Made by a program: the position numbers and the translations under genes | Shown: piece by piece, positions 40,494-49,866 of the stretch | How positions within the stretch are numbered: position 1 is the first letter of the stretch | How the letters are laid out: every line of letters starts with the position of its first letter | Notes under the pieces: generated by a model | Told to the model about the DNA's origin: nothing | What the model saw: the letters and a program-made list of their open reading frames with translations, nothing else | Databases searched by the model: none | Source: Nitrospinota bacterium | GTDB taxonomy: Bacteria; Nitrospinota; Nitrospinia; Nitrospinales; VA-1 | Assembly (NCBI GenBank): GCA_013349585.1 | Contig: DUZG01000002.1 | Span: 39,348-103,347, forward strand | Direction of reading: 5' to 3' | DNA: 64,000 nt

Positions 40494-41477
40494 ATGAATT
40501 ACAGGAAATTTGGCGGTATGGATTGGCAGGTATCTGAAGTCGGACTTGGAACCTGGCAACTCGGTGCTGACTGGGGAAATGTAGACGATGCAATGGCAGA
40601 AAAAGTTTTGCGGACTGCCGTGGAATCGGGAGTTACTTTTTTCGACACAGCAGATTGCTATGGCGAAGGCCTTTCCGAAAAAAGACTCGGAAAATTTTTT
40701 AAATCGTGTCCCGAGAAGGTAACCATCGCTACCAAGCTGGGCAGGTTCCCTCAACCCGGCGGGCTAGATAATTTTTCCCTGCAACAGTTTCGCCAACATA
40801 CCGAGGATTCACTCAAACGTCTTGGTGCCGAATGTCTGGATCTGACTCAAGTCCATTGCCCTCCCACAGAATTAATTAAAAAAGGGGACATTTTCGACTG
40901 GCTTCGCACATTAAAACAAGAAGGCAAAATTAAAGCTTTCGGACTCAGCATAGAATCCATGGAAGAAGCGGAACTATGCCTTAAACAGGAAGGGGTTTCA
41001 TCCCTGCAAATTATTTTCAATGTTTTACGGCAAAAACCGATTGAAGCGATTTTCGAATTGGCTTTGGAAAAACAGGTTGCTCTCATTGTCAGGCTACCGC
41101 TTGCATCTGGACTGCTTTCTGGAAATTTCAACAAAAATACTTCTTTCGCTGAAAACGACCATCGCAACTTCAATCGAAATGGAGAGCATTTTAATGTCGG
41201 GGAAACTTTTTCTGGTCTCCCCTATGAAAAGGGTCTTGAGCTTGTCAGTCAGTTAGGAGAAATGATTCCCAATGATATTCCTCTATCTCTAGCCGCTTTA
41301 AGATGGGTTCTGGATTTTGAGGCCGTTTCTGTTGCAATTCCCGGCTCAAAAAGTCCTGAACAAGTTCAGCATAATTGCCGAGCCAGCGACCTGACCCATA
41401 TGAACCCATCTTTACACGAAACGCTAAAACAATTTTACAAACAAGATGTAGCGCCTTTTATTCGAGGCAAATACTAA
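40494..41477 (+). CDS. Aldo/keto reductase
   Basis: 327-aa ORF starting MNYRKFGGMDWQVSEVGLGTWQLG. The DTADCYG motif is typical of the AKR family. Confidence 0.9.
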   Translation: MNYRKFGGMDWQVSEVGLGTWQLGADWGNVDDAMAEKVLRTAVESGVTFFDTADCYGEGLSEKRLGKFFKSCPEKVTIATKLGRFPQPGGLDNFSLQQFRQHTEDSLKRLGAECLDLTQVHCPPTELIKKGDIFDWLRTLKQEGKIKAFGLSIESMEEAELCLKQEGVSSLQIIFNVLRQKPIEAIFELALEKQVALIVRLPLASGLLSGNFNKNTSFAENDHRNFNRNGEHFNVGETFSGLPYEKGLELVSQLGEMIPNDIPLSLAALRWVLDFEAVSVAIPGSKSPEQVQHNCRASDLTHMNPSLHETLKQFYKQDVAPFIRGKY

Positions 41478-42082
41478 TTCGTTGGATTTACTTTTAAGAC
41501 CAGAACATTATTCTCTTTATGAATATGAATGTGCCTATGCGTTTCAAGAAACTTCAACTCCCTACACAAAAGTTAAAATGATTGGCAACCTTCATCAAGA
41601 ATCTCAAAACCTTTCGTCAAGTCTCTTATTTCTTTTAGTAAATCCCCTGCCCAATCATGTTCCATCAACATAACCTGAATTGGCCCGGCAACAGTTTTCA
41701 TGTTTGTGCCCAGCTCTTGTGATTCCAGTTTTCTTATTAATGGAACAAAACCCTCTCCTCTTTCAGCAAATGTGGCTCGAGGTCTTCTCGCAAATGTGTA
41801 AAAGTTGTTTTTAGATCTTTAAGTGCCGGGTGCCGTTCCTCATGGGCAGATAAAACTTTATCTAGCAAATCACTTTTTCGAGGTAGATTTTTTCAAATAT
41901 TCATGATGTTTGGATTCAATACTTCCTCCGATTCAAGACCATTTTCCTGACACCCATTTTCAATGGGTGTGGTCTCCTCCACAACAAAAATCAATGGATA
42001 AATCTTCAAAGGTTTCGGCACAGAGGGCGTTATCGGTTACAAATTCTCCAACAGAGGTCTGAGTATTCCAGCGCGTTTTCAT
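41474..42082 (-). pseudogene. ric: Iron-sulfur cluster repair di-iron protein (RIC/YtfE/ScdA-like), degraded
   Basis: ScdA_N motif …VGEFVTDNALCAETFEDLSIDFCCGG… from ATG 42082. Hemerythrin-like parts (HLLKEERVLF, PIQVMLMEHDWAGDLLKEI, HIHIHKENNVL) are found across three frames. In-frame TAA at 41573..41575. Confidence 0.75.
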
Positions 42083-42123
42083 GATTTTCTCCATAAATTA
42101 GGGCTTTTTTGACCGCAACCCCT

Positions 42124-42155
42124 AATAAAGATAAAAAGATATTTTTATCTTTATT
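42124..42155. promoter_or_regulatory. Perfect 14-4-14 palindrome, candidate operator in the divergent ric/nfu intergenic region
   Basis: AATAAAGATAAAAA-gata-TTTTTATCTTTATT. The arms are exact reverse complements. It lies 42 nt upstream of the ric start codon. Confidence 0.4.
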
Positions 42156-42292
42156 ATTTAAAAATAAACCTGTTACAATAAGTTGTCAAGGAATGGCCCT
42201 CAATTTTTAAAATTGAGAAACTTTTTGAACCTCAATTAGCGGGAACCCATCTTAGTATATGAGAGCAGTTCAATTTTACTTTCAAAAGGAAT

Positions 42293-42883
42293 TTGATGTC
42301 GGAAAATTATTCAGTTAAAGAAATCGAACTCACGCCCAACCCCCGGGCTGTAAAATTTATATTAGACAAGCCTGTTTTAGACTCTGGTTCAAAAACCTTT
42401 GAATTGGGCGGTTATCTTGCATCAGATATCTTTGCCAGTAATATTTTTGCCTTGGATATTGTTGACCTTGTTTATCTTCGGGAAAACTTTATTTCCTGCA
42501 CCCTTCATTCTGCTGATCTATGGGTGGTTTTTAAGGATAAAATCAAAAATATTATTGAGGCCGATTTAAAAAAATACGACGAAGGCGATGACGAAGTCTC
42601 TGCTTCCATTCTTGAAGATTTCGATATGGAAAAATATCCGGGGCTCTCCAATGATGAGAAAGTAATTATTGTTGAAGCTGTTCTGGATGAATCCGTCCGA
42701 CCCGCGTTGGCAAACGATGGCGGAGGCCTGGAAGTAATCGAAGTGGATGGGCCGATTGTCCGCATTCGTTATCAGGGTGCTTGTGGCAGTTGCCCCAGCT
42801 CTACCGGCGGCACTTTGCGTGTAATTGAAAACCATCTTAAATCTCAACTCGACCCAGCAATCAAGGTTCACACTTATTCTTAG
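42293..42883 (+). CDS. nfu: NifU-like Fe-S cluster carrier (Nfu_N plus NifU C-terminal domain)
   Basis: 196-aa ORF. The C-terminal domain has LANDGGGLEV…GACGSCPSS (CxxC). ATG at 42296 is an alternative start. Confidence 0.85.
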   Translation: MMSENYSVKEIELTPNPRAVKFILDKPVLDSGSKTFELGGYLASDIFASNIFALDIVDLVYLRENFISCTLHSADLWVVFKDKIKNIIEADLKKYDEGDDEVSASILEDFDMEKYPGLSNDEKVIIVEAVLDESVRPALANDGGGLEVIEVDGPIVRIRYQGACGSCPSSTGGTLRVIENHLKSQLDPAIKVHTYS

Positions 42884-43281
42884 CCCCCTTCCCTTTTACT
42901 TTTACCGTTCTCGTTTTTTTCACAATCTCGCCCAAAGCTTTTCGCAGTAGCCTTCAATTTGATCCTATACCTTTATTTATCAAAGTGTTGCTGCGCATTT
43001 AAATTTTAGTGATAATTAGTTACTCAAAAGAAATAATATGAAAACGCAAAAAAATCATCCAAATTTTTACTTGGACCTATTTGGCTCTCTTTACTCCAAT
43101 AGTTTCAATTTAGAATGGGCAATAGAGAACAAAAGCCGGGTGGTTTCTAGCTATTGGCGATCGGATCCTACAACCTTGAAAGCATCACAGAACAATCAAC
43201 GTGTGTAACACAAGGAATAAACTAAAAAGACCATCAGGCTTCCCTTATAACTAAGTAAAAAAACCTTTAACTTTTGCACAG

Positions 43282-43611
43282 ATGAAAAAAAGAAGCTCCA
43301 CTCAATTCGCCATCGTATCTTTTACAGGAGATTCATCTCTAACCTATGAAGATTTAAAAAAGTCAAACAATGGTGAAATTGGTTTTCATTTCATTATTGA
43401 TTCTCAAGGGCAAATTTTAATGGGCAGGCATTCCTCCAAAGTTGGAGCCTATTCTTCTGAATTCAATGAAACCAGTTTGGGAATTTGCGTTATTGGGTCA
43501 CGACACGAAATGGAAGATGCCCAATCCATTGCCCTTACTCTACTGCTTGAAAACCTGAAAACAGAATTCCCTGAAATAGAAAGTATGAAATATATCTACA
43601 AGGAAAGTTAA
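43282..43611 (+). CDS. Short amidase_2/PGRP-like domain protein (tentative)
   Basis: 109-aa ORF. IGFHFIIDSQGQILMGR…SLGICVIG resembles the core of N-acetylmuramoyl-L-alanine amidase domains but is short. Confidence 0.35.
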   Translation: MKKRSSTQFAIVSFTGDSSLTYEDLKKSNNGEIGFHFIIDSQGQILMGRHSSKVGAYSSEFNETSLGICVIGSRHEMEDAQSIALTLLLENLKTEFPEIESMKYIYKES

Positions 43612-43949
43612 GTCAAAAAATACCTGCATCCTCATAATCTCTGATTATCATTCGAATTTTTAACCCCACAAGAGTATAATTTACCAAACCAAAGTTAAGA
43701 GGACTTCATGATTCGCTAGGTACTGAAAATTAAAGCACTGAACTCAGACAAAAAACCTGGCAGTTGTGTCTCGGATTAGCCTTTGGCCGAATCATCGGCC
43801 TGAAGCCGTTTTGGACACGCATAATATCTTCATTATGATGGGGGGGCAAAGAAGAAACCAAAATAAGAACAGACCCTAATACCCGAGCAACTGATCTGTT
43901 AAAACAAATTACTGGACAATAGCTTCTAGAAAACTGACATAATATAAAT

Positions 43950-45395
43950 ATGAAAAAAATTATTATTATTGGCGGTGGCATAGCTGGGTTGGCAGCTGCA
44001 TATCGGATTCAACGGAAAATATCTGAAGGTGCCGATCTGGAATGTATTTTACTGGAAGGAAGCGGACGGTTTGGTGGCAAAATTTTCACAGAAAAATCGG
44101 ACGGATTTATCATAGAACGAGGGCCCGACTCATTCATTTCCCAAAAACCTGCCACTATACAATTATGCAAACAACTGGGATTAGAGGATAGACTCATAGG
44201 AACCAATCCTGGAACACCCAATACTTTTGTTTATACCGATGGTAAACTGATGACCATGCCCGATGGATTGAGTCTGATGATCCCAACTAAGTTTTTACCC
44301 TTCGCTATGACGTCATTGTTCAGTCTCTCTGGAAAAATTCGTATGGCCTTAGATCTGTTTATCCCAAGAAAAGTTGGAAATTCCGATGAAAGTCTAGCCT
44401 CATTCGTTCGCCGCAGAATGGGAGAAGAAGCTCTCAATAAAATGGCAGAACCAATGCTCGCTGGAATTTATGCCAGCGATCCAGAAAAGATGAGCATTGG
44501 TAGTACCTTTCCCATGTTTGTTGAAATAGAACTTAAATATCGATCTCTCATTATCGGTATGCTGGCTCGCAAAAAAGCCCTGCTGGTGTCTGCCGATACT
44601 GATGTAACGATGAACACAGGAAAACGACCTACCACTTCCTATTCGTTATTTATGACATTAAAAGAAGGTCTTGGTGAAATAGTTGACGCTATTATAAAAA
44701 AATCACCCGACGTCCAGTTTAAATCAGAAGCTAAAGTTGCGGCCCTCGAAAAACAAAATCATGGCTGGCATATAAGTCTTGCAAACGGATCTGAATGCCA
44801 CGCGGATGCTGTTATTATTGCGACCCCTGGAAGCATAACTAAAAAAATCATAAAACCAATTGCCCCCGAATTGGCTGAGTTATTCGAACGTATCCACTAT
44901 GTATCCACAGCAACCGTGACGCTTGGATATAAAAAAGAAGGCTTCTCTCACCCTCTAGATGGATTTGGGTTTGTGGTACCTAAAGCTGAAGGAAAAAGTA
45001 TTTTGGCCTGCACTTGGACTTCTTCAAAATACCCTCATCGTGCACCTGACGGGTATGTGATGCTACGCTGTTATTTAGGTGGAGCTCTTCACGAGGAAAT
45101 TGCCGAAAAAGATGCTGAAACAATACAAACATTAGTAAGAAACGACCTAAAAGAAATAATGGGTATCAAAGAAACTCCCGTTTTCTGTAGAGTATTTAAA
45201 AATCATAAAGCAAATGTGCAATACCATGTGAATCATTCTGAGATAATTGATTCTATAATGGAAAATTTAAAAAAATTTCCAGGACTTTTTCTTGTAGGTA
45301 GCTCTTATCGTGGGATTGGCATTCCAGATTGTATTCATAGTGGAAATCAGGCAGCCGAAGCTACCTTGGAATTTTTAGGTGCTAAATCCGAATAG
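43950..45395 (+). CDS. hemY: Protoporphyrinogen/coproporphyrinogen oxidase (HemY-type FAD oxidase)
   Basis: 481-aa ORF. N-terminal FAD fold KKIIIIGGGIAGLAAAY. Full-length HemY-like sequence. Confidence 0.85.
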   Translation: MKKIIIIGGGIAGLAAAYRIQRKISEGADLECILLEGSGRFGGKIFTEKSDGFIIERGPDSFISQKPATIQLCKQLGLEDRLIGTNPGTPNTFVYTDGKLMTMPDGLSLMIPTKFLPFAMTSLFSLSGKIRMALDLFIPRKVGNSDESLASFVRRRMGEEALNKMAEPMLAGIYASDPEKMSIGSTFPMFVEIELKYRSLIIGMLARKKALLVSADTDVTMNTGKRPTTSYSLFMTLKEGLGEIVDAIIKKSPDVQFKSEAKVAALEKQNHGWHISLANGSECHADAVIIATPGSITKKIIKPIAPELAELFERIHYVSTATVTLGYKKEGFSHPLDGFGFVVPKAEGKSILACTWTSSKYPHRAPDGYVMLRCYLGGALHEEIAEKDAETIQTLVRNDLKEIMGIKETPVFCRVFKNHKANVQYHVNHSEIIDSIMENLKKFPGLFLVGSSYRGIGIPDCIHSGNQAAEATLEFLGAKSE

Positions 45396-45446
45396 ACGAT
45401 TTAGCATCTAATATCTGGATCATCAAATAATATATAGGAGTTAGCT

Positions 45447-46637
45447 ATGAAATGGGTTTCTGCCCTCTCAAAACAAACGGATATCGATGCTGCTGTCCAA
45501 GAAGCCACTGAGGAAATCATTCGAAAACTGGGTAAAGACCAGGCCGACTTGACCGTTGTTTTCGTTGCACCACAATATAAAGATTTTTATGACAAGATTT
45601 CCGATCTGGTAAACCGCTACCTCAAACCCGGCGTATTATTTGGTTGTTCTGGCGGTGGAATTATTGGAAACGGAGAGGAAGTAGAACAGCAGGCCGCATT
45701 CAGCATTACTTGTGCAACTATGCCAGGTGTGAAAATTCAGCCCATTTATTCCGAAACCGAACAGTTGCCCGATCAAGACACTTCCCCATCGGTTTGGCGA
45801 GATTGGTTAGGCGTGAAAATTGAAGACCAACCGCATTTCATTTTTCTTGCCGACCCTTTTTCTTTTCGCGGCGACGAGTTCCTTGCTGGCGTCGATTTCG
45901 CCTATCCAAACAGTAAAAAGGTAGGCGGTCTCGCAAGCGGCGCTCAAGGCCCCGGTGGTAACGTGCTTTATCTGGGAGATAAAATTTTTAGCAAAGGATT
46001 GATCGGCATTGCCTTAAGCGGTGACATAGAAGTCGATACCATCGTAGCGCAAGGCTGCCGCCCCATCGGTCAGCCCATGAAAATTACCGCATGCCAGGAC
46101 ACTCTGCTAAAAGAACTCGATGGCAAGCCAACTCTTGAGATTTTACAGGATCTCAATGAAACTCTTTCTGATGACGACAAAAAACTTTTACAAACTTCTC
46201 TGTTTCTGGGAATCGAAATGGACGCGATGAAAGACGACCCAAAACAAGGCGACTTCCTTATTCGCAATCTAATGGGTGTTGACCGGGAAAGTCAGTCTCT
46301 TTCTATTGGCGCACTAATGAGAACCGGTCAACTTGTGCAGTTCCATTTGCGTGATAAAAAAATGTCATCAGAAGATCTCGATGTAATGCTCACACGATAC
46401 CTGTCTAAAGGTCATGCGGAAAATGCTAGCGGCGCATTGTTATTCTCTTGCCTCGGCAGAGGCAAGTACCTTTATGGAGAAGCAAACCACGATACCAATA
46501 TGTTCCGGGATAAGCTGGGAAAGATCCCATTAGGTGGGTTTTTCTGCAATGGAGAGATAGGACCTGTGGGAAATGCCACATTCCTACATGGCTATACCAG
46601 TTCGTTTGGAATTTTTAGAAAATCAGATCGCACTTAA
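45447..46637 (+). CDS. FIST-domain (FIST_N plus FIST_C) sensory protein
   Basis: 396-aa ORF with a typical FIST layout. C-terminal …GALLFSCLGRG…GGFFCNGEIGP motif. Confidence 0.8.
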   Translation: MKWVSALSKQTDIDAAVQEATEEIIRKLGKDQADLTVVFVAPQYKDFYDKISDLVNRYLKPGVLFGCSGGGIIGNGEEVEQQAAFSITCATMPGVKIQPIYSETEQLPDQDTSPSVWRDWLGVKIEDQPHFIFLADPFSFRGDEFLAGVDFAYPNSKKVGGLASGAQGPGGNVLYLGDKIFSKGLIGIALSGDIEVDTIVAQGCRPIGQPMKITACQDTLLKELDGKPTLEILQDLNETLSDDDKKLLQTSLFLGIEMDAMKDDPKQGDFLIRNLMGVDRESQSLSIGALMRTGQLVQFHLRDKKMSSEDLDVMLTRYLSKGHAENASGALLFSCLGRGKYLYGEANHDTNMFRDKLGKIPLGGFFCNGEIGPVGNATFLHGYTSSFGIFRKSDRT

Positions 46638-46656
46638 TAATAAGAAAGGAATACCT

Positions 46657-46923
46657 ATGGCAGTCGAAGTAAGTGTCTCAACCACCCCCAACGAAAATGC
46701 GATGAAGTACACCCTCAATTGTAACTCCATTGAATCGGGTCATAAAACTTACGCCAACGCCGAGGACGCAGTAGATTCTCCCGTTGCCAAAGCTTTGTTT
46801 GCGATTGATGGAGTGACTCAGGTTTTCCTAATGGCAGACTTCATTTCTGTTACAAAAAAACCTGAATCCAGTTGGGGTAGCTTGGAAACAGCTATTCTGG
46901 ATGCAATAAAATCTGCCTACTAA
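46657..46923 (+). CDS. Stand-alone Nfu/NifU N-terminal scaffold domain protein
   Basis: 88-aa protein from ATG 46657, with an AAGAAAGGA RBS. …TPNENAMKYTLN…VAKALFAIDGVTQVFLMADFISVTK… The upstream extension in the ORF track overlaps the FIST gene. Confidence 0.75.
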   Translation: MAVEVSVSTTPNENAMKYTLNCNSIESGHKTYANAEDAVDSPVAKALFAIDGVTQVFLMADFISVTKKPESSWGSLETAILDAIKSAY

Positions 46924-47027
46924 ATGAACGACACCGCCGCAAGCGGACGAGGTATCCGGCAAGGATTTTTATTTAAAACACGTGGCAAGCCACGGGGAAT
47001 AAAGCCCACTGGTGGGATTAAAATCAG

Positions 47028-47780
47028 TTGAAAATCACAATACTGGGTTCAGGCACAGCCGTACCATCCCTACAACGCAATTCTTCCGGTGTCCTCATTC
47101 AGGACAATGGAGTTAACTCTCTCGTTGATTTCGGTTACGGAAACCTGAGGCAACTGCTTAACCTGGGGGTCACCTACCACGATATTGACCGTATATTTTT
47201 CACGCACAACCATCCCGGTCATGTATCCGACCTCATTCCATTCTTATTTGGCTCACGCTATCAACTTGATGCTCGAAAAAAAGATCTCGAAATCATTGCC
47301 GGGCCCGGATTTCAAGATTTTTTCGATAAGCTCATGTTGGCTTTCAAACATTGGTTGAAGCCCACCGAATATAAGCTAAATATTTCAGAAGTAGATGAAG
47401 GCGTTCGTGATTTTGGAAAATTAAAAGTTCAGGTAGGAAAAGTGAAACATATTGCTATGAGTCGAGGTTACCGTTTCACCAATGACTAAGGGAAATCCGT
47501 TGCACTTTCTGGAGATACCGATTATTGCGAGGGAATGATTGAACTAGGCAGAGATGCCGACTTGATGATACTCGAATGCGCCTGGCCAGATGACGAAAAA
47601 ACCGAAGGCCATTTAGGCCCGACGCTTGCGGGCAAGCTGGCGATGGAAGCAAATTGCAAAAAAATTTGCCTCACCCATTTTTATCCACCTTGCGATTTAG
47701 AAAACATCCGCAATACAGTTCAGGAAACTTATAAAGGGGAATTGGTGCTGGCTAGCGACCTAATGCAGTTTGATTTGTGA
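47028..47780 (+). pseudogene. MBL-fold metallo-hydrolase (RNase Z/BN-like) with an in-frame TAA and an altered metal motif
   Basis: ORFs 47028..47489 and 47535..47780 share one frame. TAA at 47487..47489 (…YRFTND*GKSVALSGDTDYCEGMIELG…). The canonical HxHxDH reads HNHPGH (Asp replaced by Gly). Confidence 0.75.
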
Positions 47781-47791
47781 CTGGGAAATCT

Positions 47792-47944
47792 CTACTTTTT
47801 TCCTTCGCGGCGGTCTTCGACGAAATCGACAATAAACATAAAAAGCTTGATCACGCCAAGCATGCCAAATATACCGAGAAGCAATTGCAGCAAAGGCGGT
47901 ATCCCCAAAATAATACTTTCAATATATATAAAAAGAGATTCCAC
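47792..47944 (-). CDS. Possible 50-aa single-TM membrane peptide (below the ORF-track size cutoff)
   Basis: GTG start preceded by AGGAAG-ttatt. Translation: ESLFIYIESIILGIPPLLQLLLGIFGMLGVIKLFMFIVDFVEDRREGKK. It competes with the implausible + strand ORF 47777..47995. Confidence 0.35.
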   Translation of the reverse strand: MESLFIYIESIILGIPPLLQLLLGIFGMLGVIKLFMFIVDFVEDRREGKK

Positions 47945-48020
47945 AATAACTTCCTGTTAAAAAAGGCACTTAAATTTTTCAGCAAGCATACCTAAGCAAA
48001 ACCCATTACGCAATGTTTGC

Positions 48021-48254
48021 CTAAACAATAAATATTTCTGCCTTCCCCGATTCAAGATCAATTTTTAAAATTAGGTGATTGTTCGTATCCGAGACATATA
48101 ATCGGTTATTAAGTTCGAGCACCTCTGCCGGTTCGCAAAGCTGACCAATACCATCGATTGCGAGATCAAAGAGAACTTTAGTTACGCTTTGAGTCTTCAA
48201 ACCCAACACTTTTATTTTATGATTCTACAAAACGGCAATATATACCTTATCCAT
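48021..48254 (-). pseudogene. C-terminal remnant of an NHL-repeat protein
   Basis: …DKVYIAVL*NHKIKVL…NNRLYVSDTNNHLILKIDLESG… shows NHL-repeat signatures. In-frame TAG at 48225..48227. No intact upstream part. Confidence 0.5.
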
Positions 48255-49255
48255 TTAATAATGCTTAACCAGAAGGTGTTGAAGGAACGCCAGCTTGCAT
48301 TTCACATCGCGTTCGCCAAAACCGAAAAATCCTTTTCCTATGAAGGTGGCGTTGAAACCAAACTCATAGAGACGAATACTGAGGATGGCATTGGTTTCAC
48401 TATCCGCACGTCTTTTAAATGCAACACCTTGTTTACAGTTTCCTTAACAAGTTCCTACCTTTTCACATTTAATATCTATTCTTCCTAACTAAGATACTCC
48501 CAAAACACATATCGATTCGACTCTACTAAAATCAGTGTCGGGATCACATCAATAGAATTAAGAAAAAAATAGATCCAAAAATCCAGAATCACCAGTTTTT
48601 CCTTAAAATCAAATAGATCGAGCGGTGATTAAACGTTGAACTACGGCACTTACGCAGCATTGATTTTGGGAGCAAAGAGTAGTGGTTTCTTAACTTATTA
48701 GGCTGGATATTTTTGATAAAAAACTGGTGAACCCCTGGAGTTTTGTTTTTTTTCCTTTACTGTAATAATGGTATAATTGCTTATTCGCGTGAAGATAAAG
48801 GTCATCTTTGTTTGGAATTTTTGTTTCTGAACCCGAATTGGAATGCATGTTCGAGTTAAAATGATAACTTTGGGGGCCACTTCACTAATTGCACTTTCTC
48901 CTGTCAAAATTAAAGCAAACTATTATTTTGGTTATCATATAAAAACCCTCAAAAGCTTTATATTTTTCTAAATATAACTAAAGTATTACTATGAAGAGGT
49001 CCAGACATAAAACATATGGAATTTAAAGCCATTTTATCACTGTCACATTGAAATAATAGATCTGAGATTAAAAATACTTAATGTCGGATTAACATTATTT
49101 TAATACATCTAGCCTATCCTAATTCAAAAATATGAAAAACTTTAATAGTAGCTTTGTATATTTTATAAAGTACGAGATCTTAATAACAAAAACATAAATT
49201 GAAAAAATAATTTCTGGGCAACATATTGAGCTGAAACATAAAAAGGGGCATTTTC

Positions 49256-49756
49256 ATGTTTTCAAAAGCTTTTACATACATTTTATCTTACGTATTACTG
49301 GTATTACTTTGCTGCCCCAGTTTGATGTGGGCCGAACCTTTTAGAGATAATAATAATGGTACAGTTATCGATGAAGGCACTGGATTAGTCTGGCAAAAAG
49401 GCGATTCCTTCCACGATCTAAAAAAAGGATTGAATTGGTACGATGCTCTCGAGTACGTCACTTCAAAAAAATCCAAAAAATTTGCTGGACATGATGATTG
49501 GCGGTTGCCCACATTAAACGAATTGAACAACTTATGGCAGTCTTCCGGAAAAGTAAAAAGTAAAGATGATGAAACTCTAGGTCTAGCCACCGAATTCCAG
49601 AAAGGCGGTAGCTATTATATCTGGACAGGAGAAGAAAGAGGCCTGGACCACGCTTGGTATTTTGGCTTGGGGCAAAAAGAAAATTACTTTAATTTAAAAG
49701 ATTTGGCGGACTTAGAACAGGGTGTAAAAATGGTCCGCCAGCGTGATGTCCAATAG
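49256..49756 (+). CDS. Secreted DUF1566 (Lcl C-terminal-like) domain protein
   Basis: 166-aa ORF with a signal peptide. GTVIDEGTGLVWQKGDS…NWYDALEYV…HDDWRLPTLNEL is typical of DUF1566. Confidence 0.75.
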   Translation: MFSKAFTYILSYVLLVLLCCPSLMWAEPFRDNNNGTVIDEGTGLVWQKGDSFHDLKKGLNWYDALEYVTSKKSKKFAGHDDWRLPTLNELNNLWQSSGKVKSKDDETLGLATEFQKGGSYYIWTGEERGLDHAWYFGLGQKENYFNLKDLADLEQGVKMVRQRDVQ

Positions 49757-49866
49757 TATGGGTGGCAAAAATGCGTAATTTTTAAATAGCCATTAGAATC
49801 GCTTATATAAGAGCTAATCACAAAATTCTTCTACTCGTTATAACGAGTGACCCTAGGGAGCGAACA

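Noticed and set aside
40458-40754. N-terminal 99-aa extension of the TPR protein ORF (39942..40754)
   Set aside because: The extension is antisense to the start of the aldo/keto reductase gene and has a non-protein-like composition. The internal ATG 40457 gives a normal signal/TM segment plus TPR protein.
14992-42082. Frameshifts as generic long-read homopolymer errors
   Set aside because: The 4002-nt and 3825-nt ORFs and all housekeeping genes, which contain many long A/T runs, are intact. Lesions cluster in accessory genes and include substitutions. Read-level confirmation is still needed.
43038-43211. 57-aa ORF (MKTQKNHPNFYLDLFG…) in the nfu-amidase intergenic region
   Set aside because: It has no RBS, no recognisable motif, and is below the track cutoff. 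It is left unannotated.
43730-43981. 83-aa minus-strand ORF overlapping the hemY start
   Set aside because: It is antisense to the hemY FAD-binding N-terminus and has an implausible composition.
47777-47995. 72-aa + strand ORF after the MBL gene
   Set aside because: It has a Lys/His/Gln-rich low-complexity translation and no RBS. The opposite strand encodes a more plausible 50-aa TM peptide with a good RBS.
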